Translations under genes and position numbers: made by a program
Shown: positions 32,165-42,539 of the stretch, one piece after another
How positions within the stretch are numbered: the first letter of the stretch is position 1
Layout: each line of letters begins with the position of its first letter
NCBI GenBank assembly: GCA_020725385.1
Contig: DYFC01000054.1
Location: 138-64,137, forward strand
Direction of reading: 5' to 3'
Length of the DNA: 64,000 bases
From: Nitrospira japonica
GTDB lineage: Bacteria > Nitrospirota > Thermodesulfovibrionia > Thermodesulfovibrionales > SM23-35
Notes under the pieces: model-generated
Database searches by the model: none
Told to the model about the DNA's origin: nothing
Seen by the model: only the letters and a program-made list of their open reading frames with translations

Positions 32165-33637
32165 TTAATCTTCAATTTTCATTACTTTTAAAGAGGCGCC
32201 GGTTTCGCTGATTTTTTTGCCAAACTCTTCTATATATCTTTTCAGTTCAAGTTCATGTTCCTCTTGAAACACGAGAAACATTCCAATCATCTGATTCTGT
32301 TTTAGAAAACATGGTCTTTCTATTTTGAATTTGTTCGCGATAGGCTCAAGTTCTTTAAGAATTTCGGATACTCTGGAGTATCTTTCAGAAGGTTCTTTTC
32401 TTATGGTAGCCATAAAGAAATTCCTTAATTCCGGTGGAATGTTTTCCATGTCAATATGCTCATCAACAATATCTTTCTCGAGATGCCATTTAAGTATATC
32501 TTTGCCTTCGGTAACAACATACGGCCTTTTGCCCGTTAACATCTCGTAAACAGTTATGCCTAAGGAATAAATATCGGTGCGTTCATCTACAGGATTGCCT
32601 TTAATCTGTTCCGGTGATATATAATGAAGGGAACCGGGAAACAGGAAATTTGTATCAATACTTCCTCTGCGGCAGGCAAGTCCAAAATCAATAATTTTTA
32701 CTCTGCCATCTGACTGAAGAAAAATATTTCTTGGATTAATATCCTGATGAATAATGCCGAGAGCATGAGCGTACTCAAGACCATTGCATACCTGAACAAT
32801 TATATCAAGTATGCGCTCAAGGGAGAGTTTCTCAACATTGTCAAGCACATTATCAAGTGTAGCACCTTCAAGATATTCCATTATTATAAAAACTGTTTTA
32901 TAAGCCTCTTCAATATCATATACTTTTACTATATTGGGATGATTCATCCTTGCTATTGTTTTTGCTTCATTACGGAAAAGCTCTATAAAATCAGAATCCA
33001 TTGACATTTCATGTGTGAGCATTTTTATTGCAACCGGCATGTTTAAGACACTGTGAGCGCCTTTAAATACAACACCTGCTCCTCCATGACCGATTTCATT
33101 TATAACAGAATATTTGCCAATCATTCTATTGTCAGGCAGTTTTGATGAGCTTAGAATATCAATTAATACCGAAGACATAAAATTTTTTAATTCCGGAAAT
33201 TCCGATGATAGTTTTTCAAAGAGCTCCCGGTTCATAGATAACAACTCAACGTCTGTCTCTGCATGAACATGTGCACTTGAAACTTTTCCATCGAATAATG
33301 CTTCTGCTCCTATAATTTCTCCTGCACCGGGCTTGTCCACATCATAAAGAATATCAGCTCTTTCAACATTAACACCGCAAACACCATTTAATATAAGATA
33401 GAAATTTTCTGATTTTTCACCCTGTCTTATTATTCTTTCACCTCTGGAAAACTTCTTTAACTTCATATTCCTTAAGAATTGGTAACTTACTTCCTGAGAT
33501 AATGAATCAAGAAATCTGCAACAAAAATGATATTGATATATCTTTGTTATTTGTTCCTCAACTTCGGTTAAATCAATCAAAAAACAAAACTTTTCAGTAT
33601 GTGACGGCACAATATTTTTTATTGTCCTTCTATCCAT
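32165..33637 (-). CDS. cNMP-binding domain + Hanks-type Ser/Thr kinase
   Basis: GE.IIRQGE..FYLI..G cNMP domain; IGHGGAGVV, VAIK, HQDINPRN, DFG, SPE, DIYSLG. Confidence 0.88.
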   Translation of the reverse strand: MDRRTIKNIVPSHTEKFCFLIDLTEVEEQITKIYQYHFCCRFLDSLSQEVSYQFLRNMKLKKFSRGERIIRQGEKSENFYLILNGVCGVNVERADILYDVDKPGAGEIIGAEALFDGKVSSAHVHAETDVELLSMNRELFEKLSSEFPELKNFMSSVLIDILSSSKLPDNRMIGKYSVINEIGHGGAGVVFKGAHSVLNMPVAIKMLTHEMSMDSDFIELFRNEAKTIARMNHPNIVKVYDIEEAYKTVFIIMEYLEGATLDNVLDNVEKLSLERILDIIVQVCNGLEYAHALGIIHQDINPRNIFLQSDGRVKIIDFGLACRRGSIDTNFLFPGSLHYISPEQIKGNPVDERTDIYSLGITVYEMLTGKRPYVVTEGKDILKWHLEKDIVDEHIDMENIPPELRNFFMATIRKEPSERYSRVSEILKELEPIANKFKIERPCFLKQNQMIGMFLVFQEEHELELKRYIEEFGKKISETGASLKVMKIED

Positions 33638-33709
33638 AACTTAGTCCTTTATCTGTTTAACTTGTCGTTACTCTTTACTTTTTTGCTTTTTGTCTTATTG
33701 GTTTATTAA

Positions 33710-35158
33710 TTATTTTTTCCAGAACTGTGGCATAAAAAGTATAAGCACAGTATATACTTCAAGTCTTCCTGTTAGCATACAGAATGTAAGTATCCATTTC
33801 CCAATTGGTGTAATTTCAGCATAATTTTCTGCCGGTCCAGCCATCCCGAGAGCCGGTCCAACATTGCACATTGCAGATATGACAGTTGAAGTGGAAGTAA
33901 TTATATCAATTCCTGTAGCTGAAACTCCAACAATCGCCAGAGCACATACACTTAGAAATAAAAATATCATTCCCCATATGCTCCCGAGAATTTCTTTATC
34001 AAGAAATTTATTATCAAGTTTGACTGAAGTTATAGCTCTCGGATGAATAAGCTGATATAATTCCCTGTATCCCTGTTTTAAAGCAAGTAGCATTCTTACC
34101 TGCTTAAGACCCCCTCCTGTAGAACCAATCATACCACCAAAGAACATTAATAACATTAATAAAACATGGGATAAAGGATGCCATTTCTCATAATCCGCAG
34201 TTGCGTAACCTGTTGTTGTCATAACCGATGTCACCTGAAATAAAGCATATCTGAGAGATTCATGGAATTGCCCGTACGAAGAACCAAATATTGCAAAAGT
34301 AACCAGAATTGTTGCGATTAAAGTTACACTTAAGTAAAACTTAAATTCACTACTTTTCCATAGAATTGAATATTGTCCTTTGAAGAAATAAAAATAAAGA
34401 GTATAATTGACCCCGGCAAGAAACATAAATAGGCTCGTGATATATTCAATTCCGGGATTTCCAAAAGCAGCAAGGCTTGCGTTTTTTGTTGAAAATCCTC
34501 CTGTTGCCATAGTTGTAAAGGCATGACATATTGCATCAAATATATTCATGCCGGATAGATGAAGTAATAAAGCATTAATGATTGTTAGAAAGAGATAAAT
34601 AATCCATAAAGCTTTGGCTGTATCTATGATTCTTGGCCTTAGTTTATCAACGTTTATCTCGGGAACTTCTGCCCTGAAAAGTTGCATTCCTCCTGTCCCG
34701 AGAAAAGGGAGAATTGCAAGGGCAAATACTATAATGCCCATGCCACCTATCCATTGTGTTAGGCTTCTCCAGAATAAAACTCCTTCAGGAATTATTTCAA
34801 CATTTTTTATAACAGAAGCACCGGTTGTAGTGAATCCAGCCATTGATTCAAAATATGCATCTGTAAAAGAACTTAAAGTTCCTGAAAATAGAAAAGGCAG
34901 GGAACCAAATAAAGACATCATCATCCATGCCAATGTTACTATTAAGAAAGCTTCTCTATTTTTAATATCTTCTTTTTTATTTTTAGTCGTAGAAGCAAAA
35001 AGAGTAATTCCGACAAGTAAAGTTATAAGAAAAGAATATATCAAAGGCATTAAATCTTTACTGCCATTTATAATAGAAACCAGAATTGGCAGTATCATAA
35101 AAGAGGAAAGATATAAAAGGACTAACCCGTTGAAATTCATGATGACCCGGACGTTCAT
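33710..35158 (-). CDS. trkH: Trk potassium uptake membrane protein
   Basis: GFTTTG, ATGGF, TTTGY, GSTGGG, GRLE. Confidence 0.95.
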   Translation of the reverse strand: MNVRVIMNFNGLVLLYLSSFMILPILVSIINGSKDLMPLIYSFLITLLVGITLFASTTKNKKEDIKNREAFLIVTLAWMMMSLFGSLPFLFSGTLSSFTDAYFESMAGFTTTGASVIKNVEIIPEGVLFWRSLTQWIGGMGIIVFALAILPFLGTGGMQLFRAEVPEINVDKLRPRIIDTAKALWIIYLFLTIINALLLHLSGMNIFDAICHAFTTMATGGFSTKNASLAAFGNPGIEYITSLFMFLAGVNYTLYFYFFKGQYSILWKSSEFKFYLSVTLIATILVTFAIFGSSYGQFHESLRYALFQVTSVMTTTGYATADYEKWHPLSHVLLMLLMFFGGMIGSTGGGLKQVRMLLALKQGYRELYQLIHPRAITSVKLDNKFLDKEILGSIWGMIFLFLSVCALAIVGVSATGIDIITSTSTVISAMCNVGPALGMAGPAENYAEITPIGKWILTFCMLTGRLEVYTVLILFMPQFWKK

Positions 35159-35170
35159 ACAATATCTTCC

Positions 35171-36502
35171 TTACATCAGAAGTTTTTCAACATTTTTAAT
35201 TGATTCTCTTAATGTGAATATTATTAGCTTATCATTTTCTGCGAATTTATCGGTTCCTGAAGGGATTATTACATCTTTGCCTCTGATGATTGCACCTATA
35301 ATCGAAGCCTTTGTTTGAGCTTCATTAAGTGTCTTATTTATCAATGGAGAGGTTCGTCCGATTCTTCCTTCGAGAATTTCTGCTCTTCCTTCGGCAATAG
35401 ATGTAAGAGAAAGTATATCTCCTTTTCGCACATAGCGAAGTATGGTGCTTGCAGTTATCAGTCTTGGACTAAGAGCTGCCTGAAGGCCGAGACTATGAGC
35501 CAGAAATATATATTCAGTTTTATTTACAAGAGCTATATTTTTCTTTGCACCAAGTTTTTTGGCAAGTAGTGAAACCATTATATTTAATTCATCATTGTTG
35601 GAGACAGCAACAAAAGCATCCATATCTCCAATATTCTCTTCAACAAGCACTTTTTGTTCGGTTCCATCAGCATGGAGGATGAGTGAATGTTTGAGGTTTT
35701 TTGTTAGGAATTTACACCTATCAAGGTTTTTTTCGATAATTTTTATATTAGTCTTTGATTCCATGAAAGAAGCGATGTTATAGCCGACTTTTCCTCCTCC
35801 AAGAATCATGATTTTCTTTGCAGGCATACGAACAATTTTTAAAGCAGAAATAATATCCTGGATTTCCCCTTCTCTGACAGGAACATATATAATATCACCA
35901 TTTTTTACAACATCATCACCGGTTGGGATAATTGTTTTTTCTTCCCTCAAGATAAGACCTACCAAAAATTTTTTTCTGGTTTCAGCATTGAATTTACGTA
36001 AAGACTTACCTATTAAAGGAGAGTTTTCAGGAATCTTAAAACCAATAACTTTTACGAGTCCTCCTTCGAATTCTTCTATATCTGTTGCAAAAGGTGCTTC
36101 GAGAATTCTTGTTATTGCTTTTGCTATTTCAAGTTCAGGATTAATCGCAGGGTCTATATCTAAATTTCTTAATAGACTTTCATTGAAAAAATACTCAGAA
36201 TTTCTGATTCTCGCAATTTTACGTGGTATTTTAAACATTGATTTAGCCAGAAGGCAGGCAATCATATTTGTTTCATCCTGATCCGTAACAGCAAGAAGAA
36301 TATCAGCTTTATCAGCTTCAGCCTGACGCAAAGATGAAGCCGAACCTCCTTCACCTTCAACAACAGCCACATCTATTTCTTCTGAAATGCGTTTTATCTT
36401 ATTTCTATCCCTGTCGATTACAACACAATCAATCTGTTCATAAGATAGAAACTTTGCTATCTGATAACCAACCTCACCGGCTCCAACAATTATTACTCTC
36501 AT
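35171..36502 (-). CDS. trkA: Trk potassium uptake regulatory subunit
   Basis: Two RCK repeats GAGEVG / GGGKVG, adjacent to trkH. Confidence 0.95.
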   Translation of the reverse strand: MRVIIVGAGEVGYQIAKFLSYEQIDCVVIDRDRNKIKRISEEIDVAVVEGEGGSASSLRQAEADKADILLAVTDQDETNMIACLLAKSMFKIPRKIARIRNSEYFFNESLLRNLDIDPAINPELEIAKAITRILEAPFATDIEEFEGGLVKVIGFKIPENSPLIGKSLRKFNAETRKKFLVGLILREEKTIIPTGDDVVKNGDIIYVPVREGEIQDIISALKIVRMPAKKIMILGGGKVGYNIASFMESKTNIKIIEKNLDRCKFLTKNLKHSLILHADGTEQKVLVEENIGDMDAFVAVSNNDELNIMVSLLAKKLGAKKNIALVNKTEYIFLAHSLGLQAALSPRLITASTILRYVRKGDILSLTSIAEGRAEILEGRIGRTSPLINKTLNEAQTKASIIGAIIRGKDVIIPSGTDKFAENDKLIIFTLRESIKNVEKLLM

Positions 36503-36580
36503 GGAAATTTATAATACAATAAACGTGTAAAATATTTGTACAATATAAATAATCACATCCTAAAATAAACAGAGGATTTT

Positions 36581-37618
36581 ATGAAAAAAATAAACATTCT
36601 GCTATTTGTTTTTATATTATTTTCTATGTTTTCAAATGCTGAAGCTTATCAAGTTGCAGAGCCAAATAGAAGCGAAATTATTGAAGAAATTTCCAATGTT
36701 ACAGGATTAACAACAGACATGGTAAGCCTTGCGGCAAAAGAAAATCCGGAATTACTCGATAATCTTGGCGATACAGTATTTACAGTAAAAATAATTAATT
36801 CTTTTAGTGAAGCAAAGGACGTTGAAGCATTTGAAGATTTATTTAATTATTCTATAGATAAAGTCTTAACAAAAACTCTGCCGCCTCAAATGACTTTTTT
36901 TCTGACAGCATTAAGAGCTTATAAAACTTCTCTTGAGATGATAAGAGATTATATTTTAATTCCGGAGTTCGATGAAAAAATGTACTCCCGCTATTTCGAG
37001 ACCCGTCTTGCACAAATCAAACAGGGTGATATGAGCCTTGAAGCAAAGCAGCATGCATTTGCTATTGCAACAATGGACAAAAGCACAAATATGCTATTTC
37101 CTGATAGGGGCTATTATGTCTTAAAAAATAAAATGTTTGAAGATATTATTAAAGCCAGAGGATACAATCCGGACTTAGTTGGAACCGATGAAAAGCTTGG
37201 TTCATATTTATGGAAGCAAATTGACGAATTCTGGATGAACAGGATGGAAGCACGTCTGAATCAAGAACTTATCAAGAAAGGAAAAAAGGAAATAATTAAT
37301 TCAATATGGGATAATTCTTCAAAGCAACTTAAAGCCATAGAATCTGCGGCTAATAAGATAAGAAAGACGAAAGAAGAAAAAATCCCCAATAAAAAAGTTG
37401 ATGAGAATATACCGGAATTACAAAATATATTTGAAGCGCAATTTTCTAAAGATGGTAAATTAACATATAGCAAACCATGGCAATATGATGAAAAAAATAA
37501 ATGTTATACTTTCAGTTATTGTTATAAAGGTAGTCTGGGTGATACATGGTGCTGGGAAAATGTTTGTATAACTCAAGGACAGGCACAGGATATTATAAAA
37601 AGAGGTTCATGGAAATAG
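36581..37618 (+). CDS. Secreted hypothetical protein
   Basis: Signal peptide ending AEA; helical body; Cys/Trp-rich C-terminal segment; GAGG RBS. Confidence 0.6.
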   Translation: MKKINILLFVFILFSMFSNAEAYQVAEPNRSEIIEEISNVTGLTTDMVSLAAKENPELLDNLGDTVFTVKIINSFSEAKDVEAFEDLFNYSIDKVLTKTLPPQMTFFLTALRAYKTSLEMIRDYILIPEFDEKMYSRYFETRLAQIKQGDMSLEAKQHAFAIATMDKSTNMLFPDRGYYVLKNKMFEDIIKARGYNPDLVGTDEKLGSYLWKQIDEFWMNRMEARLNQELIKKGKKEIINSIWDNSSKQLKAIESAANKIRKTKEEKIPNKKVDENIPELQNIFEAQFSKDGKLTYSKPWQYDEKNKCYTFSYCYKGSLGDTWCWENVCITQGQAQDIIKRGSWK

Positions 37619-37628
37619 GATATTTATT

Positions 37629-38186
37629 TTAATAATCAATCCCTTTTTGTGGCTCTATATCCTGATGGTAGGAATGCTTTATTTCTTTCATTTCAGTCAC
37701 TATATTTGCTCTTTTGATAATATCCGCATGGGCATCTCTTCCGGTTAATATTAAATGCATCAAAGGTGGTTTAATATCTATCAATTCAATTACCTGCGAA
37801 ATGTCAATAAGATTCAAATTTACTGCATTATTAATTTCGTCAAGAACCAATATATCAAATTTTCCTGAAAGAATTTTTTCTTTTGCAAGTCTAATTGCTT
37901 CCTGTGCTTTTTCTTTATGCTCATTATAGACAGAGGGGTTATCTTTATTAGTAAAAAATCCTTTACCCATGACGTGTATTTCAACATCTTCTCCGAGTTT
38001 TTTAATACCATCAATCTCTCCTGAATATATATCTCCCTTTATGAACTGAATAATGCAGACCTTCATATCATATCCCGCAGCCCGCAAAACTGTACCGAGA
38101 GCTGCTGTTGTTTTCCCTTTACCGTTTCCGGTAAAGACTAAAACAAGGCCAGTTTTTTCTTTAGTATCAATATGACGATTTTTCAT
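37629..38186 (-). CDS. cobO: Cob(I)yrinic acid a,c-diamide adenosyltransferase (CobO/BtuR)
   Basis: TGNGKGKTTAA, QFIKG, LDEI, LTGR, KH. Confidence 0.92.
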   Translation of the reverse strand: MKNRHIDTKEKTGLVLVFTGNGKGKTTAALGTVLRAAGYDMKVCIIQFIKGDIYSGEIDGIKKLGEDVEIHVMGKGFFTNKDNPSVYNEHKEKAQEAIRLAKEKILSGKFDILVLDEINNAVNLNLIDISQVIELIDIKPPLMHLILTGRDAHADIIKRANIVTEMKEIKHSYHQDIEPQKGIDY

Positions 38187-38290
38187 ATTTGAATCTTCTT
38201 ATGGTACAGCCTCCGATCCATGGGATGGTAAGCTGACAGTTTTTTTATGTTTCACATTGTTTGAGTTATGTATTCATTATTTTTATAATA

Positions 38291-41200
38291 TTATTTCCTG
38301 TGATATTCCTGTAGAGATTTAATTTTCATCTTTTTCTTTTTTAATATTTCTATGGCTTTTAAAGCGGCTTTTGCTCCTGTTATGGTAGTTGTAAAAGGAA
38401 TTCTGTACTGTAAAGCGCTTCTTCTTATTGAGAAGGAATCTCTCTGTGCCTGAGTTCCTGAAACAGTATTAATCACAAAATTTATCTCTCTGTTTTTAAT
38501 TTTATCAACAATATGCGGCCTGCCTTCTGTAACTTTATTTATAACCTCTACACTAATACCATGTTCATTAAGATATTTTGCTGTTCCCCTTGTTGCTATC
38601 ACAGAAAAGCCAAGTTCTATTAATTTCTTTACAATCGAGACCGATGAAGGTTTATCTTTATCTTTCAAGCTTATGAATATCTTTCCCGATAATGGAATAC
38701 TGTTACCACATGAAATCTGGGATTTACCATAAGCAAGGCCGAATTCTCTATCAATGCCCATAACCTCGCCTGTTGACTTCATTTCAGGACCTAAAATTGT
38801 ATCTACTCCCGTGAATCTGTCAAAAGGAAAGACCGCTTCTTTTACAGCAATATGTTTAATTTTCTTCTCTTTTGTAAATCCCAGTTCTTTCAAGCTTTTG
38901 CCTGTCATTACTTTTGCCGCTAATTTTGCGAGAGGAATTCCTGTAGCTTTACTAACAAAAGGTATTGTCCTTGATGCTCTTGGATTAACTTCAAGTATAT
39001 ATATTTCATCTCCTTTAACAGCAAATTGTATATTCATGAGCCCGATAACATTGAGTTCTTTTGCCAGTGCTTTGGTTTGCCGCTTTATTTCCTTTATTTT
39101 ATCTTTAGGCAGAGAATACGGAGGCAATGAACAGGCAGAATCGCCTGAATGTATTCCGGCTTCTTCAATATGCTCCATCACGCCTCCAATAATAACCTGA
39201 CTTCCGTCAGAGATAGCATCAACATCTATTTCAATTGCATCTTCAAGATATTTATCAATAAGCACAGGATGCTCAGGTGATGCTTTCACCGCCCGTCTCA
39301 TATACTCTATTAAAGACTTTTCATCATAAACTATCTCCATAGCCCTGCCACCGAGTACATATGATGGCCTGACCATTACAGGATAGCCTATTTTTGAAGC
39401 TGCACTAAGAGCTTCTTCTATGGACATGGCTGTATCGCTTTCAGCTTGTTTGAGCTTTAGTTTATCAAGAAGTTCTTTGAATCTTTTTCTATCTTCTGCC
39501 CTATCAATTGAATCAGGTGATGTGCCAAGAATTTTAACCCCTTCTTTTTCCAGTGGCACAGCAAGTTTCAAAGGTGTCTGACCGCCAAATTGAACAATGA
39601 TACCTTCGGGTTTTTCAATATGAATAATGTTTAAAACATCTTCAAGAGTAAGAGGCTCAAAATAAAGTCTATCAGCAGTATCGTAGTCAGTGCTAACAGT
39701 TTCCGGATTGCAGTTTACCATTATAGTCTCATACCCCAATTCTTTTAGTGCGAAAACAGCGTGAACACAGCAATAATCAAATTCAATTCCCTGTCCAATT
39801 CTGTTAGGACCTGAACCAAGTATGATTACTTTTTGCCTGCTTGAGGGATTTGCTTCACATTCAGTAGTGTCAGAGTGTCCACATGTCAGAGTATCAGAGT
39901 CTTTGACACTTTGATACTTTGACTCTTTGATACTATTAAAAGGAGTTTCATAGGTTGAATACATATACGGTGTATATGCTTCAAACTCTGCCCCGCAGGT
40001 ATCAACCATTTTGTAAACAGCATGTATGTTATATTGTTGTCTTAAATGTCTTATATCGGATTCTTTTACATCAATAAGTTGAGCGATTCTTCCATCGGAA
40101 AATCCATATTGTTTTGCTTTCTTTAACTTTTCGATACAATTAGGATTTTGAATATCGAATTTTGAATCTTGAATTCTTTTTTCAGTTTCAATAATCTGCT
40201 TCATATTTTCAAGAAACCACGGGTCTATCCATGTAAGTTCATATATTTCACGGATGCTCATTCCTTCCCTTATAGCCTGAGCTATGTACCAGATACGTTC
40301 TGAATTAGGTGTCTTGAGCTTTGATTTAATTTCTGACAGTTCTGCTTTAATAGTCTCAAATCCATAACTGCTGATTTCAAGGCTTCTTATAGCCTTTTGA
40401 AGTGATTCTTTAAAAGTCCTGCCGATTGACATTACTTCACCTACGGATTTCATTTGAGTGTTGAGGGTAGGGTCTGCTTCAGGAAATTTTTCAAAAGCAA
40501 ATCTCGGGATTTTTGTAACAACGTAATCTATTGTTGGTTCAAAAGATGCAGGAGTTTCTCTTGTTATATCATTTGGAATTTCCTCGAGGGTAAGTCCTAC
40601 GGCAAGTTTTGCAGCAATTTTTGCTATTGGAAATCCTGTAGCCTTTGACGCAAGGGCAGAACTTCTTGAGACTCGTGGATTCATCTCTATAACAACCATC
40701 CTGCCATTGTTTTGATTCACTGCAAATTGTATATTAGAGCCGCCTGTATCAACACCAATTTCACGTATTATTGCTATAGATGCATCACGCATCCGCTGGT
40801 ATTCTTTATCTGTTAAGGTTTGTGCAGGAGCAACAGTTATTGAATCACCTGTATGCACACCCATTGGATCAAAATTTTCTATAGAGCAGATTATTACTAC
40901 ATTATCCATGCTATCGCGCATTACTTCAAGCTCATATTCCTTCCAGCCTAATACAGATTCTTCAACAAGAACCTGATTGACAGGACTGAGTTTCAACCCT
41001 CTCTCGAGCATTTCTTTATATTCTTCCATGTTGTAAGCTATTCCGCCGCCTGTTCCACCAAGTGTAAAAGATGGCCTTAGAATAACAGGAAATCCAGTAT
41101 ATTCAACTGCTTCGAGTCCTTCTTTAATAGAGCCTACGTGCGAGCTTTTAGGAACTTCGAGTCCTATTTTTTTCGTAGCCTCTTTAAAAAGTTCTCTATC

Positions 41201-41581
41201 CTCTGCTTTTTTAATTGCATGAATTTTCGCACCGATTAATTCAACCTTGTATTTTTCGAGTATGCCTTTTTCAGAGAGTTCAACCGCAAGATTTAACGCA
41301 GTCTGCCCGCCCATGGTTGGCAATAATGCATCAGGTCTCTCTTTTTTTATAATCATCTCAAGAACATCTGAAGTTAGCGGTTCAATATAAGTTGAATCAG
41401 CCATTTCAGGATCAGTCATGATTGTTGCGGGATTAGAGTTTACAAGAACAACTTGATACCCTTCCTCACGCAAAGCCTTGCATGCTTGAGTACCGGAATA
41501 GTCGAATTCACAAGCCTGGCCGATTATTATCGGACCGGAGCCGATTAACAAAATCTTTTTAATATCGTTTCTTTTTGGCAT
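38291..41581 (-). CDS. carB: Carbamoyl-phosphate synthase large subunit, pyr-operon paralog 2
   Basis: Canonical CarB motifs ([18 protein letters not shown]); co-oriented with pyrRBC-carA. Confidence 0.97.
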   Translation of the reverse strand: MPKRNDIKKILLIGSGPIIIGQACEFDYSGTQACKALREEGYQVVLVNSNPATIMTDPEMADSTYIEPLTSDVLEMIIKKERPDALLPTMGGQTALNLAVELSEKGILEKYKVELIGAKIHAIKKAEDRELFKEATKKIGLEVPKSSHVGSIKEGLEAVEYTGFPVILRPSFTLGGTGGGIAYNMEEYKEMLERGLKLSPVNQVLVEESVLGWKEYELEVMRDSMDNVVIICSIENFDPMGVHTGDSITVAPAQTLTDKEYQRMRDASIAIIREIGVDTGGSNIQFAVNQNNGRMVVIEMNPRVSRSSALASKATGFPIAKIAAKLAVGLTLEEIPNDITRETPASFEPTIDYVVTKIPRFAFEKFPEADPTLNTQMKSVGEVMSIGRTFKESLQKAIRSLEISSYGFETIKAELSEIKSKLKTPNSERIWYIAQAIREGMSIREIYELTWIDPWFLENMKQIIETEKRIQDSKFDIQNPNCIEKLKKAKQYGFSDGRIAQLIDVKESDIRHLRQQYNIHAVYKMVDTCGAEFEAYTPYMYSTYETPFNSIKESKYQSVKDSDTLTCGHSDTTECEANPSSRQKVIILGSGPNRIGQGIEFDYCCVHAVFALKELGYETIMVNCNPETVSTDYDTADRLYFEPLTLEDVLNIIHIEKPEGIIVQFGGQTPLKLAVPLEKEGVKILGTSPDSIDRAEDRKRFKELLDKLKLKQAESDTAMSIEEALSAASKIGYPVMVRPSYVLGGRAMEIVYDEKSLIEYMRRAVKASPEHPVLIDKYLEDAIEIDVDAISDGSQVIIGGVMEHIEEAGIHSGDSACSLPPYSLPKDKIKEIKRQTKALAKELNVIGLMNIQFAVKGDEIYILEVNPRASRTIPFVSKATGIPLAKLAAKVMTGKSLKELGFTKEKKIKHIAVKEAVFPFDRFTGVDTILGPEMKSTGEVMGIDREFGLAYGKSQISCGNSIPLSGKIFISLKDKDKPSSVSIVKKLIELGFSVIATRGTAKYLNEHGISVEVINKVTEGRPHIVDKIKNREINFVINTVSGTQAQRDSFSIRRSALQYRIPFTTTITGAKAALKAIEILKKKKMKIKSLQEYHRK
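39863..39934 (-). repeat. In-frame octamer arrays in inverted arrangement inside carB
   Basis: Coding strand agtatcaa agagtcaa agtatcaa agtgtcaa | agactctg atactctg acatgtgg acactctg acactact; absent from the other carB. Confidence 0.85.
40141..40175 (-). repeat. In-frame heptamer array inside carB
   Basis: Coding strand aattcaa gattcaa aattcga tattcaa aatccta ([11 protein letters not shown]). Confidence 0.8.
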
Positions 41582-41596
41582 AAAAAATATAAACCT

Positions 41597-41758
41597 CTAA
41601 ATATCAGATAAATCTGAAAGTGAAAGATATGATAATGTTTCTAACTCAGTGATAAAAGAAATATAAAAATCACCCTCGGGTAAGTTTTTTGCAGTAATTT
41701 TTTTACCCATTAAATATAACAATATATTAGTATCTAAAAGATATTTATCTCCATTCAC
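41597..41758 (-). pseudogene. Truncated PIN/VapC toxin
   Basis: GTG-start MNGDKYLLDTNILLY...ISFITELETLSY then stop at 53 aa; overlaps the antitoxin end. Confidence 0.75.
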
Positions 41759-41960
41759 TCCGTATTTTCCTTTGAAAATCCATTGGGTCTTCTTTGATAT
41801 TTATAATTCCTAAGTACTTGATTAGTTTTCCTTTTGTCATTTTTTTTTGATAACTTTTTAAAATCTGTTCAATTTCCTTCCATTCTTTATATTTGATAAT
41901 TACTTCTGAGGGATTATTATTTTCATCCATAACAATCTTTTTATGTATATTTTTCAACAT
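41745..41960 (-). CDS. Putative antitoxin of PIN toxin
   Basis: 71 aa; ends EDPMDFQRKIRSEW, a tail typical of small proteins preceding PIN toxins. Confidence 0.65.
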   Translation of the reverse strand: MLKNIHKKIVMDENNNPSEVIIKYKEWKEIEQILKSYQKKMTKGKLIKYLGIINIKEDPMDFQRKIRSEWR

Positions 41961-42013
41961 ATATATTTGTCTCCGTTGTAAATGTTTATTACTTTATTAG
42001 CCAGTAAAATTAC

Positions 42014-42538
42014 CTATTTAAAATACACTATCTTGCTTCCTGCAAGGTGGAGTGGTATTTCTGATTTTTCTGTCCATTGTCCTTTTTTGAAATATCTATC
42101 GTCAACACTTGCTGATAGGACTTTGCCGAAAAATGCATAACATTCGCCTGCATCAACTGCCTTCCATAGTCTGCATTCTATATAGCCTATACAATTTTTT
42201 ATCAAGGGAGCTTTCACCTTTTTGCCGTTAATTATTTCAAGCTTTGCTTTTGTGAATTTATCTGTATCCCTGCCCGATGATTTTCCACATATCCATATAG
42301 CAGGCAGAAGTTTCTTAGTTGGTATATTAATAACAAACTCCTTCGTTTGCCTGATTAATTTTGTCGTATGATGTTCCTTTGAAACACAAACAATTACAAT
42401 TGGTGGTTCATCACTTACAGGAGTCGCCCATGCACATGTCATCACATTCGGCTTCCCATTTTTATCAATACTTGTCAATAAAAAAGTCAATTTCGGATGC
42501 AAAAGATGATATATCTCTGATTTAATTTCTTTTAGCAT
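42014..42538 (-). CDS. Flavin reductase family protein
   Basis: PNVMTCAW, EFVINIP, CG..SGRD.DKF, IECR. Confidence 0.9.
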   Translation of the reverse strand: MLKEIKSEIYHLLHPKLTFLLTSIDKNGKPNVMTCAWATPVSDEPPIVIVCVSKEHHTTKLIRQTKEFVINIPTKKLLPAIWICGKSSGRDTDKFTKAKLEIINGKKVKAPLIKNCIGYIECRLWKAVDAGECYAFFGKVLSASVDDRYFKKGQWTEKSEIPLHLAGSKIVYFK

Positions 42539-42539
42539 A

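Noticed and set aside
38187-38290. Cobalamin riboswitch upstream of cobO
   Set aside because: Only about 100 nt with one imperfect hairpin; no B12-box core recognised
39863-39934. Inteins or introns as the explanation for inserts in carB, carA, purL and hisF
   Set aside because: Inserts are only about 10-35 aa and lack intein C-terminal His-Asn or intron features
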